Shown piece after piece: positions 45,551 to 59,200 of a stretch of 64,000 nucleotides of DNA. The notes under the pieces were generated by a model. The model was not told the origin of the DNA and searched no databases. It saw nothing but the letters and a program-made list of their open reading frames with translations. Numbering within the stretch: the first letter of the stretch is position 1; each line of letters starts with the position of its first letter. The stretch is taken from NCBI GenBank assembly GCA_040954595.2, contig CM082580.2, positions 10,704,390 through 10,768,389 on the forward strand. Reading direction: 5' to 3'. Source of the DNA: Balanoglossus misakiensis. Its lineage: Eukaryota > Animalia > Hemichordata. Position numbers and translations under genes: made by a program.

Positions 45551-47837
45551 ATGGCGTTTCGGATTGGAGCCTTCGTGCTCCTCTCTTGTGTGGCCCTGGG
45601 CCTCGGGCAGTTCGTGTCGTTGAAAAAGTACTGCGACGCTACAACTAAAAGCATCCATGATTATGGCGGTACTCCGCTACAGACCGGAGTTCCGATTTCG
45701 CTCAGCGATTTCAAAGGTTACACCGTTCTTGTCATCGCTAGCTCCACATACTGAGGTAGGATATTGTATTTTCGTTTATTCATTGAGTCGATATTTTACT
45801 TTTAAAAAATCACGTGTATACTCTCCCTGCCTCTGTCTGTCTGTCTGTCTCTCTCTCTCACTCTGTCTCTCTCTCTCCCCTCTCTCAGCCTACACACACC
45901 AGTATCTGGAACTGAATGCACTTGTTGACGAATTTGCAGCAGATAACTTCACCATACTTGCGTACCCATGCAATCAATTCTGTAAGTTCTATAGTAATAT
46001 CATGTCCGTTCTCTGTCTGTACACACCTCTCCTTATGTATTTACTGTTTCTCCGCTCCGTGTCGAGAAATTAAAATATGACGCCATCTACATTATCTCTA
46101 TAGGAGGGTATTGTGGGTTGGATGGGGACCAACTCAGGAACGGGGTAAAATTAACTCTAAACATCACCGAACATTACGTGATCCATTTGTTTATCATATC
46201 ATTCATGTGTCGAGACATCCCTATCAGACACGCCCGTGTTATCATCATTACATTCACCCGTACCGAAATTGGGTCGTTGGCTATTAAGAGACAACCAGTT
46301 GCATAAGTCATGAATGTTATGCAGGTGATTCGATTAATCTGTGACGTCATCGGTGAAAAGTTCATTTGTGTAGGATTTTAGGAATCCCTTCAATTTTGCT
46401 TGTGGTTCCAGGGCTGCAAGAACCCGGGGCGAATGATGAGATCTTGAACGGGATCCAGTATGTACGCCCGGGAGGTGGCTACGTGCCCAACTTCACACTC
46501 TTCGAGAAGGGGGATGCGAACGGCATTAATGCCCAAGAGATATGGTTACATCTCCAGGTACAGTAATGTTGAATACGTTTCATTCGTTGTCAGATAGGCT
46601 ATCCGTGTCGTTGACTGGGACCCTGCCTCGGTGACAAACACCAAAGAGGCAGGTAAGGTCAAACCGCCATATTTAGAATTGTGGAATCTGGCTAATAAAT
46701 GAACGTTCTATAACTTCCGGGCTAGATTCAATCTGTCGCGTTTCTTGACATTCAATTTTACTCTTACCGAATATACATATTTTAAAAAAACCAACAGTTT
46801 ATGATGGAAGTGAAGCTAAAATCAATACAACTACTGACACAAATGAACGTAAGCTTTACAACAGACATGCGCATTAGCCCTAACACATTACAAAATGGCG
46901 GACGGCCTTTATCTGCGTATCGCGTTAGTCTCGGTTACCCAGACGCCTTTGCTCTTCCGATGCTCTCCAGAAAAGGGTCTGGGGAAATACTATTGAAAGC
47001 TTTGTAAAACAAAATGGCCGATGTCAGGATTTTGATCATCGCCTGATTGGCTGAGCTGTCAGTATGACCCGGGTCACTGCAATAGTTTCGACAATCGTCT
47101 ACCAAAGATATTTCATATAATTTCTCCAACAATGCTAACAGAGGACGCCTTTTGCCTTTCGCACCAACCAACAAGTACCGGTCTCTTGATATGAAGATAC
47201 GACAAATAATCACACATTGTCGAGAGTCAGTGACCCGGGTCATACTGACAGCTCAGCCAATCAGGCGATGATCAAAATCCTGACATCGGCCATTTTGTTT
47301 TACAAAGCTTTCAATAGTATTTCCCCAGACCCTTTTCTGGAGAGCATCGGAAGAGCAAAGGCGTCTGGGTAACCGAGACTACGTATCGCGTATATCTTCG
47401 TGACCTGTCTTTTTGCTTAGTCACGTGAGACGCAGTGTTCAGCGAATCCGTGTCGGTTCGCCTGACACTACGCTTCTCTCCAGCGAGAGAATGTCGAAAG
47501 GGTTCTGGTCAACATAACGAGCAAGAAACTCTGTCCAGTAAGGACAGAAAGTAAAACGAGATCGATGAGAAAGATAATACACCTGTTTGATGTCGCTGTC
47601 TACATTCTATTGCAGACTACTTGCAAAAGCGCCAATCCTGACATGGGTGACAAAACTGTTCTGGCTTGGGATTCCCTGAACGTCGATAACATCCGTTGGA
47701 CCTTCGCCGACAGGTTCATTGTTGACGTCGACGGTATTCCGTACATCCGTATCTACGATGAAAAAGACCCATACGAGCCTGGCGGCCTCCGGGATGACCT
47801 GGAGCAGTACTTCCGGGACGGGTACATTGACCTGTAA
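45551..47837 (+). CDS. Secreted selenocysteine glutathione peroxidase, copy B
   Basis: Exons 45551-45755, 45889-45981, 46412-46557, 47616-47837; TGA 45752-45754 (ASSTY-U-AYT); YPCNQFWLQEPG; [10 protein letters not shown]. Confidence 0.93.
46926..47381. mobile_element. 456-bp MITE with 154-bp inverted repeats and a 10-bp target-site duplication
   Basis: 46926-47079 is the reverse complement of 47228-47381 (TAGTCTCGG...CCGAGACTA); flanked by cgtatcgcgt at 46916-46925 and 47382-47391. Confidence 0.93.
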
Positions 47838-47968
47838 ATAGCGCCCTCAAAGGGAAGGAATCAGCTAATGAATATGATGTGACAAACGACTCACAGTAAT
47901 TATAGAGAAAGCGCGAACCTATTTTATTAACAATGTGATAATGTTGCATGGGAGTTTGTTGTTTGTTT

Positions 47969-48126
47969 CCACGGTAACAATATTCATGACGGGCTGGCAG
48001 TAAACCATGTGTGTGTGGTGTGCCTTCTCTGAACTATACATTGTCATAGTTACGAAATGTTTAGTGCATTCCATTTTGTAACCAACCAGTGTCCATTGTT
48101 GCTGTGGTTTTTGTAACATCAATAAA
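47969..48126 (+). promoter_or_regulatory. SECIS element B plus conserved hairpin and polyA signal
   Basis: ATGA 47986, AAA plus CCA/TGG mini-stem, TGA 48030; AATAAA 48121. Confidence 0.9.
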
Positions 48127-48583
48127 CTTTCGAAAGCAAACAATCGGTTGTTAAGCTTAGCCTAGGGTAGGTTTCTCGTGTGTATGTGCGTTTGTTTACA
48201 TCCCCCACCTCTCTCCTCTCTGCTTGCTTTCTCCTCTCGCTCTCCTTCCCTCTCTCTAGGGCCCTTACAGTAACAGAGGTGAGACTGAGTAAAGACCATA
48301 GCAATTGGTATCAGAGTATCTTTAGGTGGACCAGCCAAACACAAACGACGGCAAATCATCAAAGCGATGAACCACTGACCCCTGAGAGAACCCCGGCGTT
48401 CTGGATTGAATCACACACAAGCATTGGCAAATATTCAAACTGAAAAGATGCCCAACTGGCATAGCGTTATCTCCGACCATCAACCTCTCCCATAAACTTT
48501 GTTATTCCATTGTTTATTATCGCCTTGATCATCGTGTATAAATTGGAAATTTCTGGGTTAGGGACACATCTCTGGTCTGAAAC

Positions 48584-50033
<1,450 letters not shown>

Positions 50034-50177
50034 TCGGATGGGTACTCGCCCAAATCTATGATCATCATCACGTGATCGCCGTATAGAAATCACAGAAGTG
50101 GCCAGTTTCTTCATTTCCGCGCGTCTTCATTAAAACAATATTTTGAGAGGAAAAATGGGAGTTCTTATTGTTTGTCG

Positions 50178-50330
50178 CTATGGTAGCAATATTTATGACG
50201 GGCTGGTAGTAAACCAAAAACTGGTGTGTCAGTTCTGATGCTGCATTGTCATAGTTACGAAATGTTTAGTGCATTCCATTTTGTAACCAACCAATGTCCA
50301 TTGTTGCCATGGAATTGTCGTAGCAATAAA
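50178..50330 (+). promoter_or_regulatory. SECIS element C plus conserved hairpin and polyA signal
   Basis: ATGA 50195, AAA plus CCA/TGG mini-stem, TGA ~50236; AATAAA 50325. Confidence 0.9.
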
Positions 50331-50662
50331 GAGTTCATTTTCCCCAACAGGATCTCGTTGTAAATTTATGTGTACGTTTTCTTAGATGCGCCTGATGTAA
50401 CACTCGGGCTCCAGTTTTGACGCGACACTCTGTTACAGATTATCTCTGTCTTTTGACCGTCGACCTTTGATCATAAACACGCTGACACCGACTGATATTG
50501 ATATGGAATATAAACAAAAATACCAAAAGAGAGACTCTAGGACAGTAATAATCTAGATGTTCAATCCCTCCAACGGTTACATCAGAGCCCAGTGTATATG
50601 CGATTGTTGCTATGCCACCGAACTCTATTTAAGCCGAACGAAGTTGATGTTAACACAGAGTC

Positions 50663-51925
50663 ATGGCGTTCAAGTTTGGGACCTTCGTGGTCCTCACACT
50701 GGTCGCCTTGGGCTTCGGCCCCATGGCAACCAGCGCAAAGAAACGACGCTGTGACGCGACGGAACGGTCCCTCTATGACTACAGCGGAACATCGTTACAG
50801 TCAGGGCTGACCGAATCACTTCAACAGTTTCGAGGGAAGACTCTCTTGATCGTCCCAACGTCGACTTACTGAGGTATAAAAGGCTTTGTTGAAAACTTCC
50901 TTATCCTAAAGGTATCGTGAAAACTTGATACCTTAGAGTCAGCATGAATTTTTCAATCGCTCTGCTAATTTCATCATTTACTTGTTCCTCCCCCCCCCCC
51001 TCTCTCTCTCTCTCTCTGTCTCTCCGTCTCTCTCTCCGCCTCTTTCTGCTCTTCTCTCTGTAGGGTTCACCTTTCAGTATGTCCAACTGAATGCACTTGT
51101 TGAAGAATTCGCAGATCGCAACTTCACCGTCATAGCGTACCCGACTAATCAATTCGGTAAATGTTTATCACATTATCAGATAACACAGTTTCTTCCATGT
51201 TGTGTTTTGAAACCAACAATTGAATTCTTCCGGACGCAAATGCAATTGGCAACGAAGCTTTACACATTATCAGACATCATACAGGTTGTTTTAAACCGGA
51301 AGGGTCGACTGACTTGAAATTGCGTCTAGTGTGCTTGTCTCACAATGTGGGTTGTGGAAAATACATGTACAGGGTGAATCTTGAGACACATGCTTACATA
51401 ACTTTGTCTGTACGCCCTTCAGGAAAACAAGAACCAGGTAGAGACAGTGAGATCTTGAATGGGCTCAAGTATGTGAGACCAGGCAACAATTTCGAGCCGA
51501 ATTTCACGGTCATGCAGAAGGGTGACGTCAACGGGTTCTATGCGCAAGAAATCTGGAAATTTCTCAGGGTAAAAATAATCCATTGATAGTTTCTTAATAG
51601 TTCTGCTTAGTTTATAACCACGCGAAAGCCTTCTATGCATGGACCCTTGAGTATAGGGTCTGTGGTCCTTCTGAGAAAACATTTTGTTGATTTCCTACAG
51701 GAGACTTGCCCTTCTCCCGAGGACAGAATCGGATACAGTCGTAGCATGTTCTGGGATCCAATCGACAGCAACGACGTCCGATGGACCTTCATGGAGCGTT
51801 TCATCGTCGACGCTGAGGGCAAACCGTACATGCGCATGAATGATCGCCGCAACCCGTACGCAGCCGGTGGTCTCAGAGACGACATCCTGCAATACTTGAC
51901 AGACGGCCACATCGATGAAGAATAG
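50663..51925 (+). CDS. Secreted selenocysteine glutathione peroxidase, copy D
   Basis: Exons 50663-50873, 51064-51156, 51423-51568, 51701-51925; TGA 50870-50872 (PTSTY-U-GFT); [12 protein letters not shown]; [10 protein letters not shown]. Confidence 0.93.
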
Positions 51926-52015
51926 CGCCGCCACAGGATACTTTTTCTGGATACAAGTTGATGTACAACTGCACTTCTCAGATTCTTCACTGTGTATCTC
52001 TCAGTTTATTGTTAC

Positions 52016-52162
52016 CATGGCAACAATTTTCATGACGGGCTGGCAGTAAACCATATCTGTGGTGTGCCTTCCCTGATCTTGCATTGTCATAGTTACGAAA
52101 TGTTTAGTGCATTCCGTTTTGTAACCAACCAGTGTCCATTGTTACCATGACAAAGCAATAAA
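52016..52162 (+). promoter_or_regulatory. SECIS element D plus conserved hairpin and polyA signal
   Basis: ATGA 52032, AAA plus CCA/TGG mini-stem, TGA 52074; AATAAA 52157. Confidence 0.9.
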
Positions 52163-52337
52163 CTTTTACATACACAATTAGTCTGACAGTGATCCTTATG
52201 CGTGTTTGTTTTCAATAATTGAAAAGATCTACAAAATAATGACAACAGTCGTTATCTATTACGATATTCTTTACAGACAAAAAATGACAAAATCTAGAGC
52301 ACTACAATATGATATATGTTTACAAAACTATGTCGTC

Positions 52338-52339
<2 letters not shown>

Positions 52340-52402
<63 letters not shown>
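52340..52402. repeat. (CT)n microsatellite
   Basis: Pure TC dinucleotide run. Confidence 0.97.
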
Positions 52403-52405
<3 letters not shown>

Positions 52406-53232
52406 ATCATTCGGTAAGACTAATAGAACAAATGAAATCTGCACTTGTACAAGCTTAGCATGGCCCGTATCTTTCAAAATACAACTGTGTACAAAACTCG
52501 TATCAAACATTTTCTTAAGATTGTTCTATTCTACAGTGTACATTTAAATTACCAGATGTGTTGAGGTTTTTCTCACAAAGTAAATGAGCAATATTTTAAA
52601 TTCTTCTATAATGAATGTACCGTTACGTAGGAATGTGCATGATACATCTGGTGTATATCTATCCGATCATATGTTAGAAGAGTACCCGTTCTGCGCAGGT
52701 CAAATTTGACACTGAACGTGACGTAATCGAGGAAAATAAAAAAAACACTAATACATCACACATTTCATGCAATGTAAAAAGGAACCAACTCTTCCGGAAT
52801 CATTAGCAGTAACAAAATAGCCACGCCCATCAACTTGACGTCACTAATACGGGAATGTGATACAGGAGATAATAGTCTAATTAGGCAGGTGTACAGCTAA
52901 ATACACGTGTTTACTGAATATCACTTCAAAGGCGTCGACACTAATGGCGAACACGTATCTGCCATACTCAACTGAGGTGACAGACATAATATAAAACTAC
53001 AAGCATTATTTAAAGAAACACACAGAACTATTGGTTTGCATAGGACTCAATCCCCGAAAATTAAGATGTTTTTTTGCATATGGCTATATAACGACGATGA
53101 TCAGGTAGAATCTCCACTACCAGAAACTAAATCCTGCCACTATTTACAATTAAAGTCTTATGTCATATGAAACTTTAAACGTTGCAACTATTTACAAACG
53201 AAGGCGAATCGGCGCACAAATAGTCATTTCTG

Positions 53233-56200
53233 TCAATACGTACCGAGCGAATACAACAAGATGAAAAGGTAAAAATAAGAATACCCATGGTTACCATTGC
53301 GAAGGCAAAGTCCAGACTCTGATGACGTCTGGTGCCCGCGTTCACTGACAGTTGCCACTTTCAACACGGACAGTGTGACGTCAGTCGCGATGCATAGCGC
53401 CCTTCCATTGATCAGCTGGCTGAGCATGACCAGCTGGGTATCGCATTCCGCCACCTGTGGATTGAACGGAGAGCAACATGTACACGGCCGGATCTGAATG
53501 GGAAATCCTGCTACATGCTAAAGTGATGCATATTTATGGTGTCTTAGTCCTTCTGGTAGACAGCCGTAGTCCTATGAGTTTACCATACATGGCCAGTCAA
53601 TACGTGAAACGCAAAGCAAGTATGTCGATCACATACATGTCGGAATGACAGAAAGTGATTTGACTCTGAAAGGGCGGATCATCTCAAGATATAACGGGCT
53701 ATTCAAACCTTTTGCTCTGAGACATCATCCGAGAGAGTTGCCAAGAAAACGCCATCAGCGTGTTCGCGAAAATTCAACGTACAGGCAGAGTTCTGACAGA
53801 AGTAAAATAAAATCAGTACGTCAGCAGTTTTTAGGACATATCTCTAACAGGGTAACATACCCTGAAAAACAAGCCCTTTTAGGGTTACACCATCTCCTGG
53901 GCAGAAACAAATTGTGATATTACCCTCGTTGTCATGTTGTATTACTAAAGTATAGACCCGTATATGGATTACAGTCATTTACAGACCTAAATTCTCGCAG
54001 GTCAGTGGCCATGTGCCAGAAATAGGCCTATGAGAAGAAAACTCGCCGGAGACAAAATGGCGACTGCACTAACATAGGGGCCTACCTGTGACTTTTCACT
54101 GATCAACGTTTCCAATTTATTGCGAACCACACTTTCTGTTAAAGTAGTGTTAATATAACTTCGAATTAGATTTTCTTCTTGTTGGCTATATCCTATGCTT
54201 ATTTGAGGTCGCTCTGTTCAAGAAAAGAGAACAAATCGTTGCCAATTACAAACTCAGTATATACATGTACATGTAGGCCTAAGTGCTTCTGGATGTTTTA
54301 CGCAATCTGTGCATGTCAACGTCCCTTGATTCACAAAATAACATTTCATACACTTTCTTAAATTTAAGATCCACAGACTCTGAGACCATGCGTTCATTTA
54401 CTCACCGTTGTGTAAATTATTCTCAGTGCGTGGAGTCCGCACCATGGAACATATAACATCACCAGCAAAACAAACACAGTTTCCACCATTCTCGTGACGG
54501 AAGACGTAATTATGCACTGCAATAGAGAAACGTTGTACATTTGTATTAACAATTGAAAGTTACCAGAAACCGAGAATTCCGGGTTGTATTGGTCAGTTAA
54601 TTGATTATTTTATTACTGTGTGTATTTTTTGGCATTTTGAAAAATTCTAACGCGCCGCCGCTTACCATATTTCTTTCCACTGTAAATACATGTGGCGGAA
54701 CTGTCAACGCAAGGAAGGTTGATACAGTGCGTCAGATCACCTGATCTTGAACAGCGGCATACCCTTGAACACCCCTCCTGGTCCGATGGAATCTGCAAGA
54801 CCAGAACGGTGACTGTGATGGCGTCACTCAAATGCGACTGTAAGTTTTACATCTACCTATTTTGCCGATACCATAGCAGTTCTCTCACCAAAGACATTGC
54901 ACCAAAGACACTTAGCAAGAGCTCCCTCGATCACGTACAACTGTTCAATTGAATATGGCGTTCACGTTGCAGTTTGCGGTACACGGCGCAGACAAGCTTC
55001 CACAAGGATTACTGATTTGCAGTGTTCACACATGACGTACAAAATCTGTGCCGCTACGCCCCATTTCACCCATTTAGCATCAGGGAATTTAAAATCAAAA
55101 CAAGGGTCCTCAAAAACAGCTATACTTTCCAATCTTCTTGTGACTCAACGTGGTCAGTCTTACAGACAGGAAAGACTCGCCTTGTATTCATGTACAAGGT
55201 GAGAGGCGTGAGGTATCTGAAGTCTAGAAACACTTCATTTACAAGGAACCCATTACTGAGAGTGACCCTAAGCAAGACATGACACAATTATTTCGTCGTC
55301 TTCAGTACATCACTCGACACCATTCAAGCGTCAAAACGGGGCATTAGCTGACATTAGGGCCTATCTTTCGCGATCTCGCCTGTAAAAAAATCTTCTTAAT
55401 GTCACGAAGCCGTACCTCGCCGTTCAGACTGATTAAACCGTGACAAATTAGTGTCGAGCTTCAGAGATATGAAAGAGCAAGTAGGGCGACAGGCACACTA
55501 CAGATTAATGTTTTTTTTTTCTACTTCTGAGTAGCCGTGCTGCATGACGAAGTTATTATCAAAATACATTCTATGCAGACATTCGTTGACAAATTATACT
55601 ACTTATAGCCTACCTGAAAGTCCTCATAAAGTTTAAAATTATGTCTGACTGTGTCTGTATGCTTTTCATGGTCTGATTGCGATAAATAATTCACAACACG
55701 ACACGACACGACACCGATGAAAGACGACGGTACTCACGCGTATGCTGTTCCCAGAGTTGACAATTAACGGTGCTTCCTGTGTGCCTAGTGATACTTGACA
55801 TTCTGAGTAAGAAAATTGAAATAAGGATGTAATGAAATATTTTTTACGATTTCGATACACTTAACCATAGACTCTGAGGTGCTGTATACAAGCTTACGGT
55901 TGGTTGAATCTCCGCTTCTTACTTTTCCGAGTTTGATAGGCTTACCTCTGCGTGTTACGTGGGCAGATGCAGTGAGAGGTCTGGGGGTTGAAACAATTTG
56001 GTTCGAGTAGAACGCCATGGCCGACTTCGCTGCAAAAAAAACGCAAAACGTCATGAATAGGGAATGAGTGTGGTGAAAATACCGCCAAAGGAACGTCACG
56101 ACATACACATCTATTTGCAGTAAAAATTTAAGTGTCCATTACCAAGGAGATTAAGGCAGTCTTGGGACTTCTCTAAGCAATTTTTTAGGGTTCTAGCGTC

Positions 56201-59200
56201 CACTTGTTATGGGTGCGGCGGGTTTTTGCTTTTCTGCACGCTTCCATTATAACAAGGGATTTTGCCATAAAACATTATCATTTTAGCAACAGAAAAACCC
56301 TCTGCAATAACTTGCAATCATCAGTTAGGTAGGGTGCGTACTCAAATTAACACTGATGGCCTTTTTCGTGATTTTACATTCAGACGAACTTGAAGTATCT
56401 CGTATAAACGGATGCCCCTACTCAAATTTTAGTTTAACTCCTAGGGGAGGACCGGCAAATTTTAGCGTGAGGGGAATAGCCTCATCTTAGCTAAGAACTA
56501 TACCTTTTCCGGCTCTGCCAAAGTCATATTCACGAACTCGTAAATGCTACAGGTACATGTAGGTCACAAACACTTGCCAATTTATTAACCATGTGTGTAT
56601 AGCTTAGAAATCTCACGGGCCCTTTCATTTTAGAATTTTCAGCGCCAGTAAGTAGGGCCTCCAGAGTAATGCTTTCGAGTATTTCATATTAATAGCTTTG
56701 GGATGCAATGGTTGGACTCACTCTTTTATTTGCGTAGTGAGACGACCTGTTCGATCCAACCAATGCGTAATTTTCTTATTCTCTCGAGCAATGCCAGTGT
56801 TTACGGAGTCTATATAATTTTTTCATTGACTGTATGATATTTGAGTGGCTTCATCAAGTTCGTGTTCAATGTTCGTGGTAGCTGAAATACGCATGCATGC
56901 GTCTACAGTCAAGGGAATACTAACTCGGTGCCTTGGGACGATACACGGGTTTCTTTAGCTCTAGGTAAAATGTGTGTGCCCACATTGCACTATCTAGTCC
57001 GGGAAGTTTAGTTATGTCCTGTTTTCTATCAATATATCATTTCATTCCATTTCATTCATTTATGTTAATTAGCGCTCAACATAACGAATTATCTTCCGTG
57101 TTAAAAACACTTGGACAAATTCGCTAATCTGCCTTGACCTTGACCGAGTTTGACTGACATGTTTTAATGAAGACACACACAAGCCCGGCACACTGATTTG
57201 TATACGTTTTAATTGCATTTTTAATCTTTCCACTTGAAACATCAGAACTTGTTGACTGCAACGTGACACTGAATTACGAGGACAATTATCACAAAAAATG
57301 AATATTATTTTTTATTATTAATAGCCATTTCACACAATGGCTATCATTATCAATTTTAGACAGAATAGATGAGACAATATCGATTTCTCTTTTTCCAGAA
57401 GGGTGTTATTTTAAAACATAAACCCCATGTTTGGTGGTGAAACTGTTCATGACTTATAGATCAGTCACAAGGAACGCACCAAAAGAAAAACAATTTAAAT
57501 CGTGTGTTTTTTCTGCTTCCGGTTAATATTCTACGGGTTCTTCACGGCGATGGCATCGCCTTTAAAGCTGCGTTTGCCTTGAGAAACGAAACAAGAGAAA
57601 ACAGTAAAGTATACCAGACAACGACTAAGAATTATCGAAGGTATCATCTCAGATAGACGCAGAAGTTCAAGAAAGCATTTTTTTCGTTTTGGGGAGGGGT
57701 TTGTATTGACTTCAGTTCAATCAGTGAACCGTCATTCCAGCGCTTACAATCAAACAATCACTGTGACTTTGTACTTCACAAGATCAGGCCGTTTGTCAGT
57801 CAGTAGTGATTACTCTGTTGTACAATCTTTTTCTGTTATAAATGAGATGCTTAGTCCGTTTTGCCTAATGTGCAATAATGTATTGCTTTCCCGTGTTCCT
57901 TGGGGGCGCTGGGTGGATCCCCTGCGGCATTGCGAATTCATCGACAGCACAACGGCACATGCATGCAGAAAGCACCGTGTGTCGCATCTCGACACATTGC
58001 CATGGCAACATCACTTCTTTGATCGTTGTCAGGGCTGACGTTGTTACGTAAGCCAATTTGTTTTGATCGGGATTGCATTTGAGAGTTAAAGAGTCGATTG
58101 GGATGAAATCTGGGCGGTTTAGTCAGTTAACCTATACAAAGTTAACTGTGTTTGAGTATACGGAACCCGACTATTGACCAATGATAGACTAATTTCGTGA
58201 TGCTTTGAAAACATGGCGGACCCAGAAAATTCGTCTCCAAAGATGACAAGACCCATACTAACCAACACAGTGATTGTCGAAGAAAATATTTTGAAATTCT
58301 AGACACTGTTGCATACGGCCAACGTCTCCACCGCAAGTGCAGCTCATGGCGATAACCGTTCCCATGGTACCCACATAGGCAGCTCTGCACGCGCTGTAGC
58401 TTCCAAGGCAACCCGTCTCGGAAGTGACGTCTACGCGGCATTGCTGGATGAAATTCTGGTAACTGAGTCTGGAATGCACAAAGAAAACAGTGTCAACATC
58501 GATTGCAGCATACAGGAAGCCAAAGCGTGATGTATACATTTATTTTGTGAAACTACGCTGTGTCACTACATAGCTGTAAACCCTTGAGTTCCGATGATTT
58601 TCATAATTATAATAACACGTCTTTATGTCTTCTATTTACAAATAAACAAATAAAAAATATTAATGTCTGTCTGTCTGTCTGTCTGTTTCACAACAGAATC
58701 TAAACACACGTGTACGTTAACAAGTCCAATAATAGGAGAAAAACCTTTGAATATATTCGACCATTTGATTATTTTAATTTCGCTCAACGGAAGTACCAAG
58801 CGGAATAACCATCCCCGGTGGCGTTATGAGCTTTGACAGCGAGCGAGCGAGCCGCTCAGTGATGTTCTTCGTTGTGCAGACCGTAGAACACACAAACCAC
58901 AATCTCTTTAGCAGAGGAAATTAGGTCATCGAGACTCGACGGCGTGGCCCGGAGGAACATTTCCCAGTTACGACTGTAAAACTACCTTGACAGGTAATCT
59001 GTCTGTTGGCCATGTGCGTTAATGAAAGGTACACACTCTGTAACTGATCCGACCTACGCGTGTTTGATTATTCTCTCCACTGTGGAAAGCCTGTCGTGTT
59101 TGGCTCTCGACAAACATATTTCATGCCGTATTTGTCCCGTCCCACGGGATCAATTTTATACACGAGATGTTGCTGAGAGTTGGTAGGGACGAAAAACACC

